Below are positions 50,165 through 59,029 of a stretch of DNA of 64,000 bases, in pieces. Positions within the stretch are counted from its first letter, which is position 1; every line of letters begins with the position of its first letter. The position numbers and the translations under genes are program-made. The notes under the pieces were generated by a model. It did no database searches and was not told where the DNA came from. It saw only the letters and a list, made by a program, of their open reading frames with translations. The stretch is from an uncultured Gemmatimonadales bacterium (GTDB lineage: Bacteria; Gemmatimonadota; Gemmatimonadetes; Longimicrobiales; RSA9), in the NCBI GenBank assembly GCA_963798085.1, contig CAWCRS010000001.1, forward strand, positions 128,001 through 192,000, given 5' to 3'.

Positions 50165-51016
50165 TCACGAACGTCCGAGCAGCACGATCCCCGACCACGG
50201 CCTCTTCCCCTGCCTCCCTTTCGACTCCGGGAGCAGTGCGAGGATGCGCCAGGAGAGCCGGACGCGTTTGAGGCGAGCGGCGGTCTTGAACGAGGACTCC
50301 ACGACCTCCGGCGCCCACCCGAAGGCCCGGAAGAAACCGGGGCCTTCCTCCGGCCCGAACTTGAACGGCGCAGGCTGGTGGAAGTTCTGGCCCCATTGGC
50401 GGCTCACCATCTGGATGAGGCCGGGCGACGCGATGTCGATGATCCAGTTGTGGAACGACGACTGGGTGAGGAGGTCGGTCGCGAGTTCGCCGACGTGTGT
50501 CGGGTCGAGGTAGATCAGCAGGCCCTCACTGATCACCACGGCGCGCTGCGCGTCGGCGCCGATGCGCGCGAACAGGGCCTGGCGAGCCTCACGCTGCGCG
50601 AGATCCAGCGGGATGCGCTCCAGCGCGCAGTTGGGCGTGGCGTCGTGCAGGATGCTTTCCTTGTACTCGAGCAGCGCGGGCAGGTCCACCTCGAACCAGC
50701 GCAGCTTCGACGGCAGCTGCATGCGATACGGTCGTGCGTCGAGGCCGGCCGCGAGATTGATGACGGTGTCCGCGCCCTGCTCGATGGCGCGGCGCAGCAG
50801 CCGATCGATGAGGTAGGTCCGTACGACGAACGCCCACGCTTCGCGATTGCCCGGCGCCAGCTGGCTCGCGATCTGCTGCCCGCGCTCGCCGGCAAGCCGG
50901 CGCGCGTACGGGTCGTGGAACAGCGCGTCCGGCCGCTCGCTCTCCTGCGCGCGGTATACGGCCACCCAGCGCGCCGTTTCCGAAATGTTCGCGATCGTCG
51001 GCTCGTGTTGGCTCAT
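50165..51016 (-). CDS. Class I SAM-dependent methyltransferase (leucine carboxyl methyltransferase-like)
   Basis: SETARWVAVYRAQES, DPYARRLAG, INLAAGLDARPYR, EVDLP, SEGLLIYL. Confidence 0.9.
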   Translation of the reverse strand: MSQHEPTIANISETARWVAVYRAQESERPDALFHDPYARRLAGERGQQIASQLAPGNREAWAFVVRTYLIDRLLRRAIEQGADTVINLAAGLDARPYRMQLPSKLRWFEVDLPALLEYKESILHDATPNCALERIPLDLAQREARQALFARIGADAQRAVVISEGLLIYLDPTHVGELATDLLTQSSFHNWIIDIASPGLIQMVSRQWGQNFHQPAPFKFGPEEGPGFFRAFGWAPEVVESSFKTAARLKRVRLSWRILALLPESKGRQGKRPWSGIVLLGRS

Positions 51017-51215
51017 GAGCTCCGCATCGGATGCTGGAATCGTTGCGGGCGGACGGTAACGCCGGTGCCCCCGGCGGGCCAGCCGCATGACCGCGTCACG
51101 CACGGTCGCTGCTCCTGTGAGCCGGGGGGTCGGGTCGCTGAGCCGCCGACCGTTCGTCACCTCGGCCTTTGTTGTCGGCGACGACACACGCCTCACGGGA
51201 CCGGCGCGGCCGCCA

Positions 51216-51458
51216 TCACCTTGCTTCCGCCGCGATCTGCAGCAGGCGGGGCGCCAGCAGGAAATGATCCGCGCCCGCGCCCTGGTTCATGAGCACCACC
51301 ACCGTGATCCCGGTCTTCGGGTCGAACAGCAGCAGGCTGCTGCCGAAGGATGCGCCGCCGCTGTGTCCGAACTGCGTGCGTCCCAGATAGGCATAGCTGC
51401 GAATGCCCAGGCCGACACCCGTCTCGCCCGGGATATTGCCGGCCGCCGGCAGCAGAGC
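51216..51458 (-). pseudogene. C-terminal remnant of a beta-lactamase-family serine hydrolase
   Basis: Start-less frame GVGLGIRSYAYLGRTQFGHSGGASFGSSLLLFDPKTGITVVVLMN...*. Confidence 0.7.
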
Positions 51459-51572
51459 CGGGCGCTGGCCGCTCCCCCGGTGCGCTCGGGGGGAATTCCA
51501 GCTGTCACACGGATTAGGCCCACTGCGTCCGGCATCTGGCGCTCCGACGGTCAGGCCCTAGTTTGGCGGCTC

Positions 51573-51962
51573 ATGCGGACACGGGTGCTGAAGCGAAGTC
51601 TGGCCGGCGGCATTGCCCTGTGGTTCACCGTCCTCTTCTCGGCGGAGGGGACGGTACATCACTGTGCGATGCACGATATGCCAATGCCGTCCTCGCCCAT
51701 GCATCACAGCGGCGCCAGCGGGGGTGATGGCCATGGCGATTCGCCCGGTCAGCCATCGCACAATCATCCCTGCACCTGCCCGCAGGTATGCTGCTGCGGA
51801 TTTGCCACTACGGCCGCACCCCGGGTAGTGGCCCCGCTGTTCGGACTGGCGCCCGTGGCGCTCGTACAATCTGTCACCTCGGTTACGTCCAATCGCCGTA
51901 CGCCGCTGGCCTTCCAGGTACCCTGGTCCACCGGCCCGCCCCCGACAGTGGTCGCCCGATAG
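51573..51962 (+). CDS. DUF2946-like Cys/His/Met-rich leader protein
   Basis: N-terminal hydrophobic segment, HHCAMHDM..MHH..HNHPCTCPQVCCC, C-terminal PWSTGPPP; directly upstream of a TBDR; TAGTTT -10 box 8 nt before ATG. Confidence 0.7.
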   Translation: MRTRVLKRSLAGGIALWFTVLFSAEGTVHHCAMHDMPMPSSPMHHSGASGGDGHGDSPGQPSHNHPCTCPQVCCCGFATTAAPRVVAPLFGLAPVALVQSVTSVTSNRRTPLAFQVPWSTGPPPTVVAR

Positions 51963-52097
51963 ACATCCAGCTCCACCGACAAACGAGGCTTCGCGCAGCG
52001 CGGCGCGCCGTCGGCCAATCCGCTCACACCTGTGTGCGTATTGCGCTGTCCGGTCGGCGACGAGCGCGAGCCAGTCAATCGACCACTGGAGGCAAAG

Positions 52098-54428
52098 ATG
52101 ATTTTGAGAACAGGCGCTGCCGGCAGTCGAGCGTTGCTCGCAGCGCTGCTGCTTGGCGCATTCTCGACCACGCGTATCCTCGCCCAGAGCGTGGGCACCG
52201 TGGGGGGTCGCGTACTTGCCGATCGCACGGGCGAACCACTCCACGGCGTGACCATCACCGTGAAGGGAACGGATATTTCCGCAGTCACGGATCTGCAGGG
52301 CCGTTACCGGCTGACCGGTGTGCCGGCCGGCCGTCAGACCATCGTCGCCGATGGCCTGGGCCGTGTGGCGAAGCAGACCGCGGTGTCGGTTTCCGCCGGC
52401 GACACGGCGGTGCAGGATTTCGCGCTCGTGGAGAGCGCGATCCAGCTGTCGCAGGTCACGGTGACGGCGACGCGCGAAGCAGAGCGGACGTCGAACGTGG
52501 CTGCGAACATTGGCGTTGTCGGCCAGAAAGACATCGAGTTGGCGCGTCCGCACCACTCCGCCGAAATCGTGAACCGCATCCCCGGCGTGCTGAACATTGA
52601 CCTCGGCGGCGAAGGCAGCACCGTGGCGATGCGGTTGCCCATCAATTACAGCGCCGTGTACGGCTACCTCGAGGACGGCGTACCCATCCGCTCGACCGGC
52701 TTCTTCAACCACAACGCGCTCTACGAGATCAACGTGCCGGGCGCGGACCGCGTCGAGGTGTTCAAGGGTCCGGCTTCCGCGCTGTACGGCAGTGATGCGA
52801 TCGGCGGTGTGTTCAATGTACTGACCCGGCCACCCTCCGGATCGGCTGACATCGAGCTGTTTGCCGAAGGCAGTGAGCACTCCTACCAGCGGACGCTGCT
52901 GTCGGGCAGCAATACGTGGGGTGCCGACGGCGTGCGCGCGGACGTCAACATCATGCACTTCGGCGGCTGGCGCGACGGCGCACACATGAACCGGCAGACC
53001 GGCACCTTGCGCTGGGATCATGCGCTCTCCGGCAATGCACGGTTCAAGACGGTGATTACAGCGACGAACATCAACTCGCCCGGTGATGGCGGCTCCGACA
53101 TGGGCCTCAGCGATTTCGACAACGCGCCGCACGTCAACTACACACCCATCGCGTTGCGCGAAGTGCAGGCCGTCCGCTGGTCCACGGCGTACGACGCGCA
53201 GTCCGGCCCGTCGTCCTGGGAAGTGATCGGCTACGCGCGCTACAACCGCCTCAAGCTGCTCCCGTTCTGGCAGCTCACGTACGATCCGCAGGTCTGGGAC
53301 AACCACAACAAGTCGGTGGGAATGATGGCGAAGTATCGGCGCGACTTCACGCGCGGCAACGTCATCGTGGGCGCCGACTTCGATTACAGCCCCGGCGCCA
53401 ACCAGGAAGATGAGATCCTGCCCACCATGACGCCCGGCTTTGTCTTCGACTCCTTCACCACCGGTGCCCAGCAGTACGACTATGATGTGACCTTCAACGG
53501 CATCTCGCCGTACACGCAGCTCGTGCTCAATCCGGTTCCGACGCTGCACGTGAGCGCGGGGTTGCGCTTCGATCACATCGGCTACGACTACAAGAACAGG
53601 CTCGCCGTCGTTGACACGGGTCCGCATCGGCGCCCGGCATCGACATCGGTTTCCTATTCCCACGCGAGTCCGAAGCTGGGCCTGACCTGGGATGTCACGC
53701 GGGCCGTGAACATCTTCGCGTCCTACCGCCACGGCTTCCGCGCGCCGTCCGAGGATCAGCTCTTCGTGCAGGGCTCGGCCGAGAACAGCGTGGGCCTGCA
53801 GCCGGTGAAGGCGAACAGCTTCGAGAGCGGCATCCGTGCACAGGCGGGTTCGCGCCTCTCGCTCGAGGCCTCGGCCTACTCGATGGAGATCACCGACGAC
53901 ATCGTGTACTTCTACAACACCACGACGTTCACCTCGGAAGTGTCGAACGCGGGACGCACGCGCCATCGCGGCCTGGAGGCCGGTGTCACCCTCGCCCTGA
54001 GCCCCGCAGTGCGACTGGAATCCGCGTTCGCGTACGTGCGCAGCCAGTACCTGCACTGGGTAACCGCAACCGGCACGGACTACAGCGGCAACCAGATGGA
54101 AGCGGCGCCGCGCACCATCGCGAACACGCGGCTCACGTGGGCGCCCACCGGGGGCAGCGCGTTCAGCGCCGAGTGGGCGCGCGTGGGCTGGTATTTCACG
54201 GACGCCGACAACCTGCACCGCTACAATGGCTACAACGTGCTCAACCTGCAGGCGGCCACACCCGAGATTCACGGGTTCTCGCTGATCGGCCGGCTCGCCA
54301 ATGCGACCGACGAGCGCTACGCCGTGACCGTGTCGTTCAATCCGTTCGTGCCGGAAGACCAGCAGGATCGCTACACGCCTGGCCTGGGCCGCACGCTGTA
54401 CCTCGGGCTCCAGTACCGTGCACGCTGA
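52098..54428 (+). CDS. TonB-dependent receptor with N-terminal carboxypeptidase-regulatory-like domain
   Basis: GGAGG SD; signal peptide; VTVTATR, YLEDGVP, RVEVFKGPASALYGSDAIGGV, SPKLG, GFRAPS, PGLGRTLYLGLQY. Confidence 0.93.
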   Translation: MILRTGAAGSRALLAALLLGAFSTTRILAQSVGTVGGRVLADRTGEPLHGVTITVKGTDISAVTDLQGRYRLTGVPAGRQTIVADGLGRVAKQTAVSVSAGDTAVQDFALVESAIQLSQVTVTATREAERTSNVAANIGVVGQKDIELARPHHSAEIVNRIPGVLNIDLGGEGSTVAMRLPINYSAVYGYLEDGVPIRSTGFFNHNALYEINVPGADRVEVFKGPASALYGSDAIGGVFNVLTRPPSGSADIELFAEGSEHSYQRTLLSGSNTWGADGVRADVNIMHFGGWRDGAHMNRQTGTLRWDHALSGNARFKTVITATNINSPGDGGSDMGLSDFDNAPHVNYTPIALREVQAVRWSTAYDAQSGPSSWEVIGYARYNRLKLLPFWQLTYDPQVWDNHNKSVGMMAKYRRDFTRGNVIVGADFDYSPGANQEDEILPTMTPGFVFDSFTTGAQQYDYDVTFNGISPYTQLVLNPVPTLHVSAGLRFDHIGYDYKNRLAVVDTGPHRRPASTSVSYSHASPKLGLTWDVTRAVNIFASYRHGFRAPSEDQLFVQGSAENSVGLQPVKANSFESGIRAQAGSRLSLEASAYSMEITDDIVYFYNTTTFTSEVSNAGRTRHRGLEAGVTLALSPAVRLESAFAYVRSQYLHWVTATGTDYSGNQMEAAPRTIANTRLTWAPTGGSAFSAEWARVGWYFTDADNLHRYNGYNVLNLQAATPEIHGFSLIGRLANATDERYAVTVSFNPFVPEDQQDRYTPGLGRTLYLGLQYRAR

Positions 54429-54436
54429 CACGAGAA

Positions 54437-55795
54437 ATGACCATGATCACAATGAAACGATCTGTTAGTGTGCTCGCGGCCGCCACACTCATGTTGGCGG
54501 CGGGCTGCGGCAGGGAAAGGAATCACGGGATCACGTGGGCGCCGGCGCAGGAGATCGGGGCCGGCGCCGCCCCCGTGTTCGCCCTCTCCCCATCCGGCCG
54601 CCTCGCCCTCGCCTGGGTATCCGCACCGGCCGGGGGCACGGATGGCCGCCTGTTCGTGCAGTCTGTGGCATCCGGTGGCGTTGCGGAACAACCAGCCAGG
54701 GGCGGCGCGGTCGAGTTGCGGGATCCGCTCGGCAGCCTCTCCATCTACGGCGAGGTGCCGCCCAAGATCGCATTCGGTCCGGACGGCTCGCTGTATGCCG
54801 CCTACCTCGTGACCCGGGTCGTGCCCGGCATGCGCTGGCCGCAGAATGCACTGCGCTTCGCGGTCTCGCAGGATGGCGGAGCCACGTGGGACGAGCCGCA
54901 GACCGTGACTGGCGACACCGTGTTCGGTTCCTATGACGATCACGCGCTGCACGTGGCGACGGATGGCACCATCTATCTCTCGTGGCTGGCCGAGGTGAAG
55001 CCCGACACCTCTCACACGTTTTTCGCGCGCTCCAGTGATGGCGGGAAGACCTGGTCGAAGCCGGCAACGATCGACAGCGACCTTTCCTGCCCCTGCTGCC
55101 GCACGGCCATGACCACCGGGCCCGAAGGCGAGCTGTATGTCGCCTGGCGCAAGCGGTTCCCGGACGGCACAGCGGAGGATCGCGACATCGTGGTCGCACG
55201 TTCCGAGGATCACGGCGCAACCTGGAGCCGGCCCGTGCGCGTGCACACGGATGCATGGAAAGTCGACTACTGCCCCGATGCCGGTCCCTCCATCAAGGTG
55301 ACACGCGATGGCACGCTGCGCGTTGCGTGGTGGACCGGGAAGGACGGCGCGGCCGGCACGCAGTACACGGAATCGCGTGACGGCGGCCGCACGTTCTCTG
55401 CGCCCGTGCCGCTGGGACTGGCCCAGCACTCGCGTGCCGCACACATCCAGCTCGCGCAGAACGATGCCGCACCCGGCCTGATCGCGACGGCGTGGGACGA
55501 CGGAACGCTGGAGACGCCGCGCATCATGCTGCGCCTCTCGCGTGACGGCGGGCGCACCTTCGAAGCTGCGCAGCCCGTGAGCGCGCCGGCAATGGCCGCC
55601 GGGTATCCCGTCATCGTTCTGCGTGCTGACACGGTGCTGGTGGCATGGCAGGAACGCACTCTGAACGCCGCGGCCGCGGATTCCGCGGCGCACGCCAGCA
55701 TGAACCGGAACGACCCCGCGGCCTACGTCAATTCCGTGGGCGCCCTGCACATCGTCATGCGCCGGGGCGTGATCGCGGAAGCGCAGTCGCATTGA
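54437..55795 (+). CDS. BNR/Asp-box (sialidase-like) beta-propeller lipoprotein
   Basis: LAAGC lipobox; five Asp-boxes (SQDGGATW, SSDGGKTW, SEDHGATW, SRDGGRTF x2); CPCC and YCPDAGP motifs. Confidence 0.85.
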   Translation: MTMITMKRSVSVLAAATLMLAAGCGRERNHGITWAPAQEIGAGAAPVFALSPSGRLALAWVSAPAGGTDGRLFVQSVASGGVAEQPARGGAVELRDPLGSLSIYGEVPPKIAFGPDGSLYAAYLVTRVVPGMRWPQNALRFAVSQDGGATWDEPQTVTGDTVFGSYDDHALHVATDGTIYLSWLAEVKPDTSHTFFARSSDGGKTWSKPATIDSDLSCPCCRTAMTTGPEGELYVAWRKRFPDGTAEDRDIVVARSEDHGATWSRPVRVHTDAWKVDYCPDAGPSIKVTRDGTLRVAWWTGKDGAAGTQYTESRDGGRTFSAPVPLGLAQHSRAAHIQLAQNDAAPGLIATAWDDGTLETPRIMLRLSRDGGRTFEAAQPVSAPAMAAGYPVIVLRADTVLVAWQERTLNAAAADSAAHASMNRNDPAAYVNSVGALHIVMRRGVIAEAQSH

Positions 55796-56382
55796 AGCTC
55801 AGAGGAAGTTCCGCTGCAGGGCGGACACACCGTGGGACCGCGGCGGTTGCGCGCGGCCCGCGGAGTGCCGCCTGTCTCGCCACGCAGGCTGCTGCGTTCG
55901 TGCTGACACTGCTGTCAGCATGCGCGCGCCGCGACATTACGTTTCAGCCGCTCGCGGTGGGTGACGCTGTTCCGGCATGGGCCTCGGCCACGCTGGCCGG
56001 TGACACGGTCGCGATCGGCGGCGCGCAGCCGGTTACGGTGCTCAACGTGTGGGCCACGTGGTGCACGTCCTGCCGTGAGGAAATGGCCGACCTCGAGGGC
56101 CTGCAGCAGGAATTCGGAGCGCACGGCGTGCGCGTCGTCGGCGTCAGTGTGGATGCCGGCGAGCCGTGGCGCGTGCAGCGTTTCGTCGAAACAGCAAAGC
56201 TCACCTTCGTCATTGCGCACGACCCCGCGCAGAGCATCCAGCGGCTCTACCATGTCGTCGGCGTGCCCGAGACCTTCGTGATCGGCGCCGACGGCCGCCT
56301 GCTCTGGCGCCGCGTGGGCAATCTGCACCCGGCAGTCGATTCCGTTCGATCGATCATTGCAGCGGCGGCCGGCACTTCCTGA
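55792..56382 (+). CDS. TlpA-family thiol:disulfide oxidoreductase
   Basis: TTGA overlap start; LNVWATWCTSCREEM, GVSVD, GVPETFVIGADG. Confidence 0.9.
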   Translation: MKLRGSSAAGRTHRGTAAVARGPRSAACLATQAAAFVLTLLSACARRDITFQPLAVGDAVPAWASATLAGDTVAIGGAQPVTVLNVWATWCTSCREEMADLEGLQQEFGAHGVRVVGVSVDAGEPWRVQRFVETAKLTFVIAHDPAQSIQRLYHVVGVPETFVIGADGRLLWRRVGNLHPAVDSVRSIIAAAAGTS

Positions 56383-56432
56383 CCGGCTCATACCCCCGCT
56401 GCATGTGAAACCATTGCTGGAGTGATCCGATC

Positions 56433-57160
56433 ATGCACAGACACCAGAAGGCGCGGTGCATCCTGCTCCCGGGTGCGTGCTCGTTGCTGCTGGCCGGTTC
56501 GCTGGCCGCGCAGGAACCGACGAAACTGGCTGATATCACAGTCACCGCACGGCGTGGCGCGGAGCAGAAGGTGCACGAGGCGCCGGTCAGCGTGACCGTG
56601 ATGTCGCGCGAGGCCATCGAAGCATCGCCTGCCACGACTACCGAGGAGCTGCTGCGCGGCATACCCGGCGTGCAGCTGCCGTATACGAACTACGCGTCCT
56701 CCTTTCCCGGCAACCCGAGCATCGCGCTGCGCGGCCTCGGCCTTGGCGACAACGCCACCCGCGTGCTGGTGCTGCTCAATGGCGTGCCGCTCAACGCGCC
56801 AATGTTCGCGAGTGTGTACTGGAGCCGCATTCCAACGAGGACGACCCTTCGGTCGTGGGCAACCGCTCCGAGGGCGTCTCGAAGCACGCCGTCTCCGGAT
56901 CGCTGACCTGGCGGGTGCCGTCATTCCGGGCCACGCTGCGCAGTCGCTATTTCAGCGATCAGTTCCAGGACATCACCAATGAGGTGCGCCTGCCTCCCCA
57001 TGCCGTCTTCGACTTCTCCGCGGCGGTAACCGTGCGGCGAGGTGTCGAGCTGACGGGCTCGGTGGAGAACCTGCTCGATCGGGAGTACATCGCGAGCAAT
57101 TACGGCCCGACCGAGCTGGGTGCACCCCGTACGCTGTCGCTGGGTGTGCGTCTGGCCGCG
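56433..57160 (+). pseudogene. TonB-dependent receptor remnant (plug joined to final barrel strands)
   Basis: ITVTARR, LRGIPGV, IALRG, VLVLLNGVPLN, then out-of-frame VENLLDREY...GAPRTLSLGVRL; most of the barrel is missing. Confidence 0.85.
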
Positions 57161-57308
57161 ACCGCTGGCAGCCGTCAGGACGGCAGCGTGCTGCGCATCC
57201 ACGAGCGCGACCAGGCCGGGATTCGCCTGACGCCTGACGCCGCTCGTTGCGCTCCGCGGGCTCGCCCGTCCTGCGCACGGGCCGGTCTCGCAGGTGGCTG
57301 CATCCGTG

Positions 57309-57833
57309 CTAACGATCCATTACAGGGAGGTACGCGCGCCAGGGGCCGACCGCTTCACGATACTGCTTCGCCATGACGCGCGCGGTCTGCGCCACATGCC
57401 CGAGATCGTGCGCCGTCCAGGTCGAAAGCAGCTGGCGCAGCGTGACCGGCCCGAACTCCGGGTGCTCGCCCTGCAGCCCGAGCTGGGCCTCGCCCAGCTC
57501 CCAGCCGCGCAGCGTACGCAGGTTCTCCGCGCGCAGCCGCGCGAACTCGTCCAGCAGCGCTGCCAGTGACTTGCCGGCGCTCTCGCGGAACTGCGCGAAC
57601 CGGTCGTAGGGCGAGAAGCGCCGGTCCTCGCCCTGCTCGAGGATGATGCGCGCACGCGGAATCCAGTCCGTGCGCTCGCCATGGATGAGGTGCCCGACGA
57701 TCACGAACGGGCTCCACGTCTCCGGCCCCTCCGTCGCATCCGACCACACCGCCGGCAGACCCGCCAGCATGACCCGGAACGTCTCCGGTGTGCGCTCCAG
57801 CACCGCGAGTGCGGCATTCAGCTCGAAATCCAT
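57309..57833 (-). CDS. DinB/YfiT-family protein
   Basis: LERTP, WSPFVIVGHLIHGE, HPEFGPVTL, AHDLGH. Confidence 0.9.
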   Translation of the reverse strand: MDFELNAALAVLERTPETFRVMLAGLPAVWSDATEGPETWSPFVIVGHLIHGERTDWIPRARIILEQGEDRRFSPYDRFAQFRESAGKSLAALLDEFARLRAENLRTLRGWELGEAQLGLQGEHPEFGPVTLRQLLSTWTAHDLGHVAQTARVMAKQYREAVGPWRAYLPVMDR

Positions 57834-57936
57834 GCGGCTCCCCTGGTGACTCGCTTTCGCAGCCCCGTCGGGCCCGACTCTGCCTTGACCCCACACGGCC
57901 GCTACTTTACCATACAGAGAACTTGGAACAACGAAA

Positions 57937-58521
57937 ATGTCCGCCTTCGACCTGCTCTTCATTATCCTCTTCCTCACCACCGCCGCCACCCTGCTGACGG
58001 CGGTGGCAACGGCCTGGCGCGGCAACCGTGGTCGCGCCGGCACGCTGCTCCGCCGCCTGGGCATTGGCGCAGTGCTGTACTTCGCGGTGCTGTTGCTGGT
58101 CTCCGCCTTCACGCCGCAGCGCTACCTTGGCCGCGGCGAACGCGAGTGCTCCGACGACTGGTGCATCGCCGTGCAGGCGGCGGGCAGGACGCGGATGGCC
58201 GACGGACTGCACTACGAGGTCACGCTCGAGCTGTCGAGCCGGGCGCGACGCGTGCCGCAACGGGAGCGGTTCGTGGCGGTGTACCTGCGCGACGCCGACG
58301 GCAGGCGCTACCCGCCGGTTGCCGATCCCGGTGCGGTCCCCTTCGACACGCTGCTGCAGCCCGGTCAGGCCGTTGCGGCGCTGCGCCGCTTCGCCGTGCC
58401 GGCCGATGCGCGCATCCTCGGGCTGGTTGTCACGCGCACGGGCTTTGCCGGTCCGGGCTGCTGCATCATCGGCGACGACGCCAGCCTGCTGCACCGGCGC
58501 ACGATCCTGAAGCTCGACTGA
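57937..58521 (+). CDS. Hypothetical membrane protein (two TM plus Ig-like domain)
   Basis: Two hydrophobic helices, CSDDWC, LRDADGRRY, LQPGQ, terminal SLLHRRT. Confidence 0.7.
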   Translation: MSAFDLLFIILFLTTAATLLTAVATAWRGNRGRAGTLLRRLGIGAVLYFAVLLLVSAFTPQRYLGRGERECSDDWCIAVQAAGRTRMADGLHYEVTLELSSRARRVPQRERFVAVYLRDADGRRYPPVADPGAVPFDTLLQPGQAVAALRRFAVPADARILGLVVTRTGFAGPGCCIIGDDASLLHRRTILKLD

Positions 58522-58603
58522 CGGAGGGCGCCGCGAGGCCACCACGGTTGCGAACAACCGTGTCAGCACGACCCTGGATGAGCCGCTATGGGGTTGCGGG
58601 GAA

Positions 58604-59029
58604 TCAGAACGGGTCGAAGCAGTCGTAGTTGCGCTGCCGTCGGATGCGGCCGCCCTCGAATTCCAGCACCATGCAGAAGCGCGCCTTCATCGCGTCACCG
58701 GGCGCGAGCGACCCGAATGCGACCGCGATGGTGCCGATCCACGTCACTTCGACCACCGCCTGCGCGCCCGCTGCGATGATGTTGTGGATCTGGTACGTCT
58801 GCTTCGTCAGCACCTTCCGCCCTCGCTGCGAGGCTTCCAGCATGGCGTTCAGGTCCCGTGTCGCGCCGTTCGGTGTGACGCGGTTGGGGAACTCCTCCTG
58901 AATCACGTCGGGCGTGAAGAAGCGGGCCAGGTCGGCCTCCGCCACGCCGTTTTCAATGGCGGCCAGGTACTCGCGGACGAACTCCGTGTGGTCGTGGCCG
59001 GTTGTTCCGCTCACCCGTTCGTCTGTCAT
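58604..59029 (-). CDS. SnoaL/NTF2-like protein
   Basis: FVREYLAAIE, QEEFPNR, VVEVTW, RQRNYDCF. Confidence 0.85.
   Translation of the reverse strand: MTDERVSGTTGHDHTEFVREYLAAIENGVAEADLARFFTPDVIQEEFPNRVTPNGATRDLNAMLEASQRGRKVLTKQTYQIHNIIAAGAQAVVEVTWIGTIAVAFGSLAPGDAMKARFCMVLEFEGGRIRRQRNYDCFDPF

Noticed and set aside
51558..54431. 957-aa antisense ORF (likewise 22114-24774 -, 13117-15006 +, 1324-3087 +, 31161-33077 +, 61160-63046 +)
   Set aside because: Shadow frames of real genes in GC-rich DNA; no family motifs
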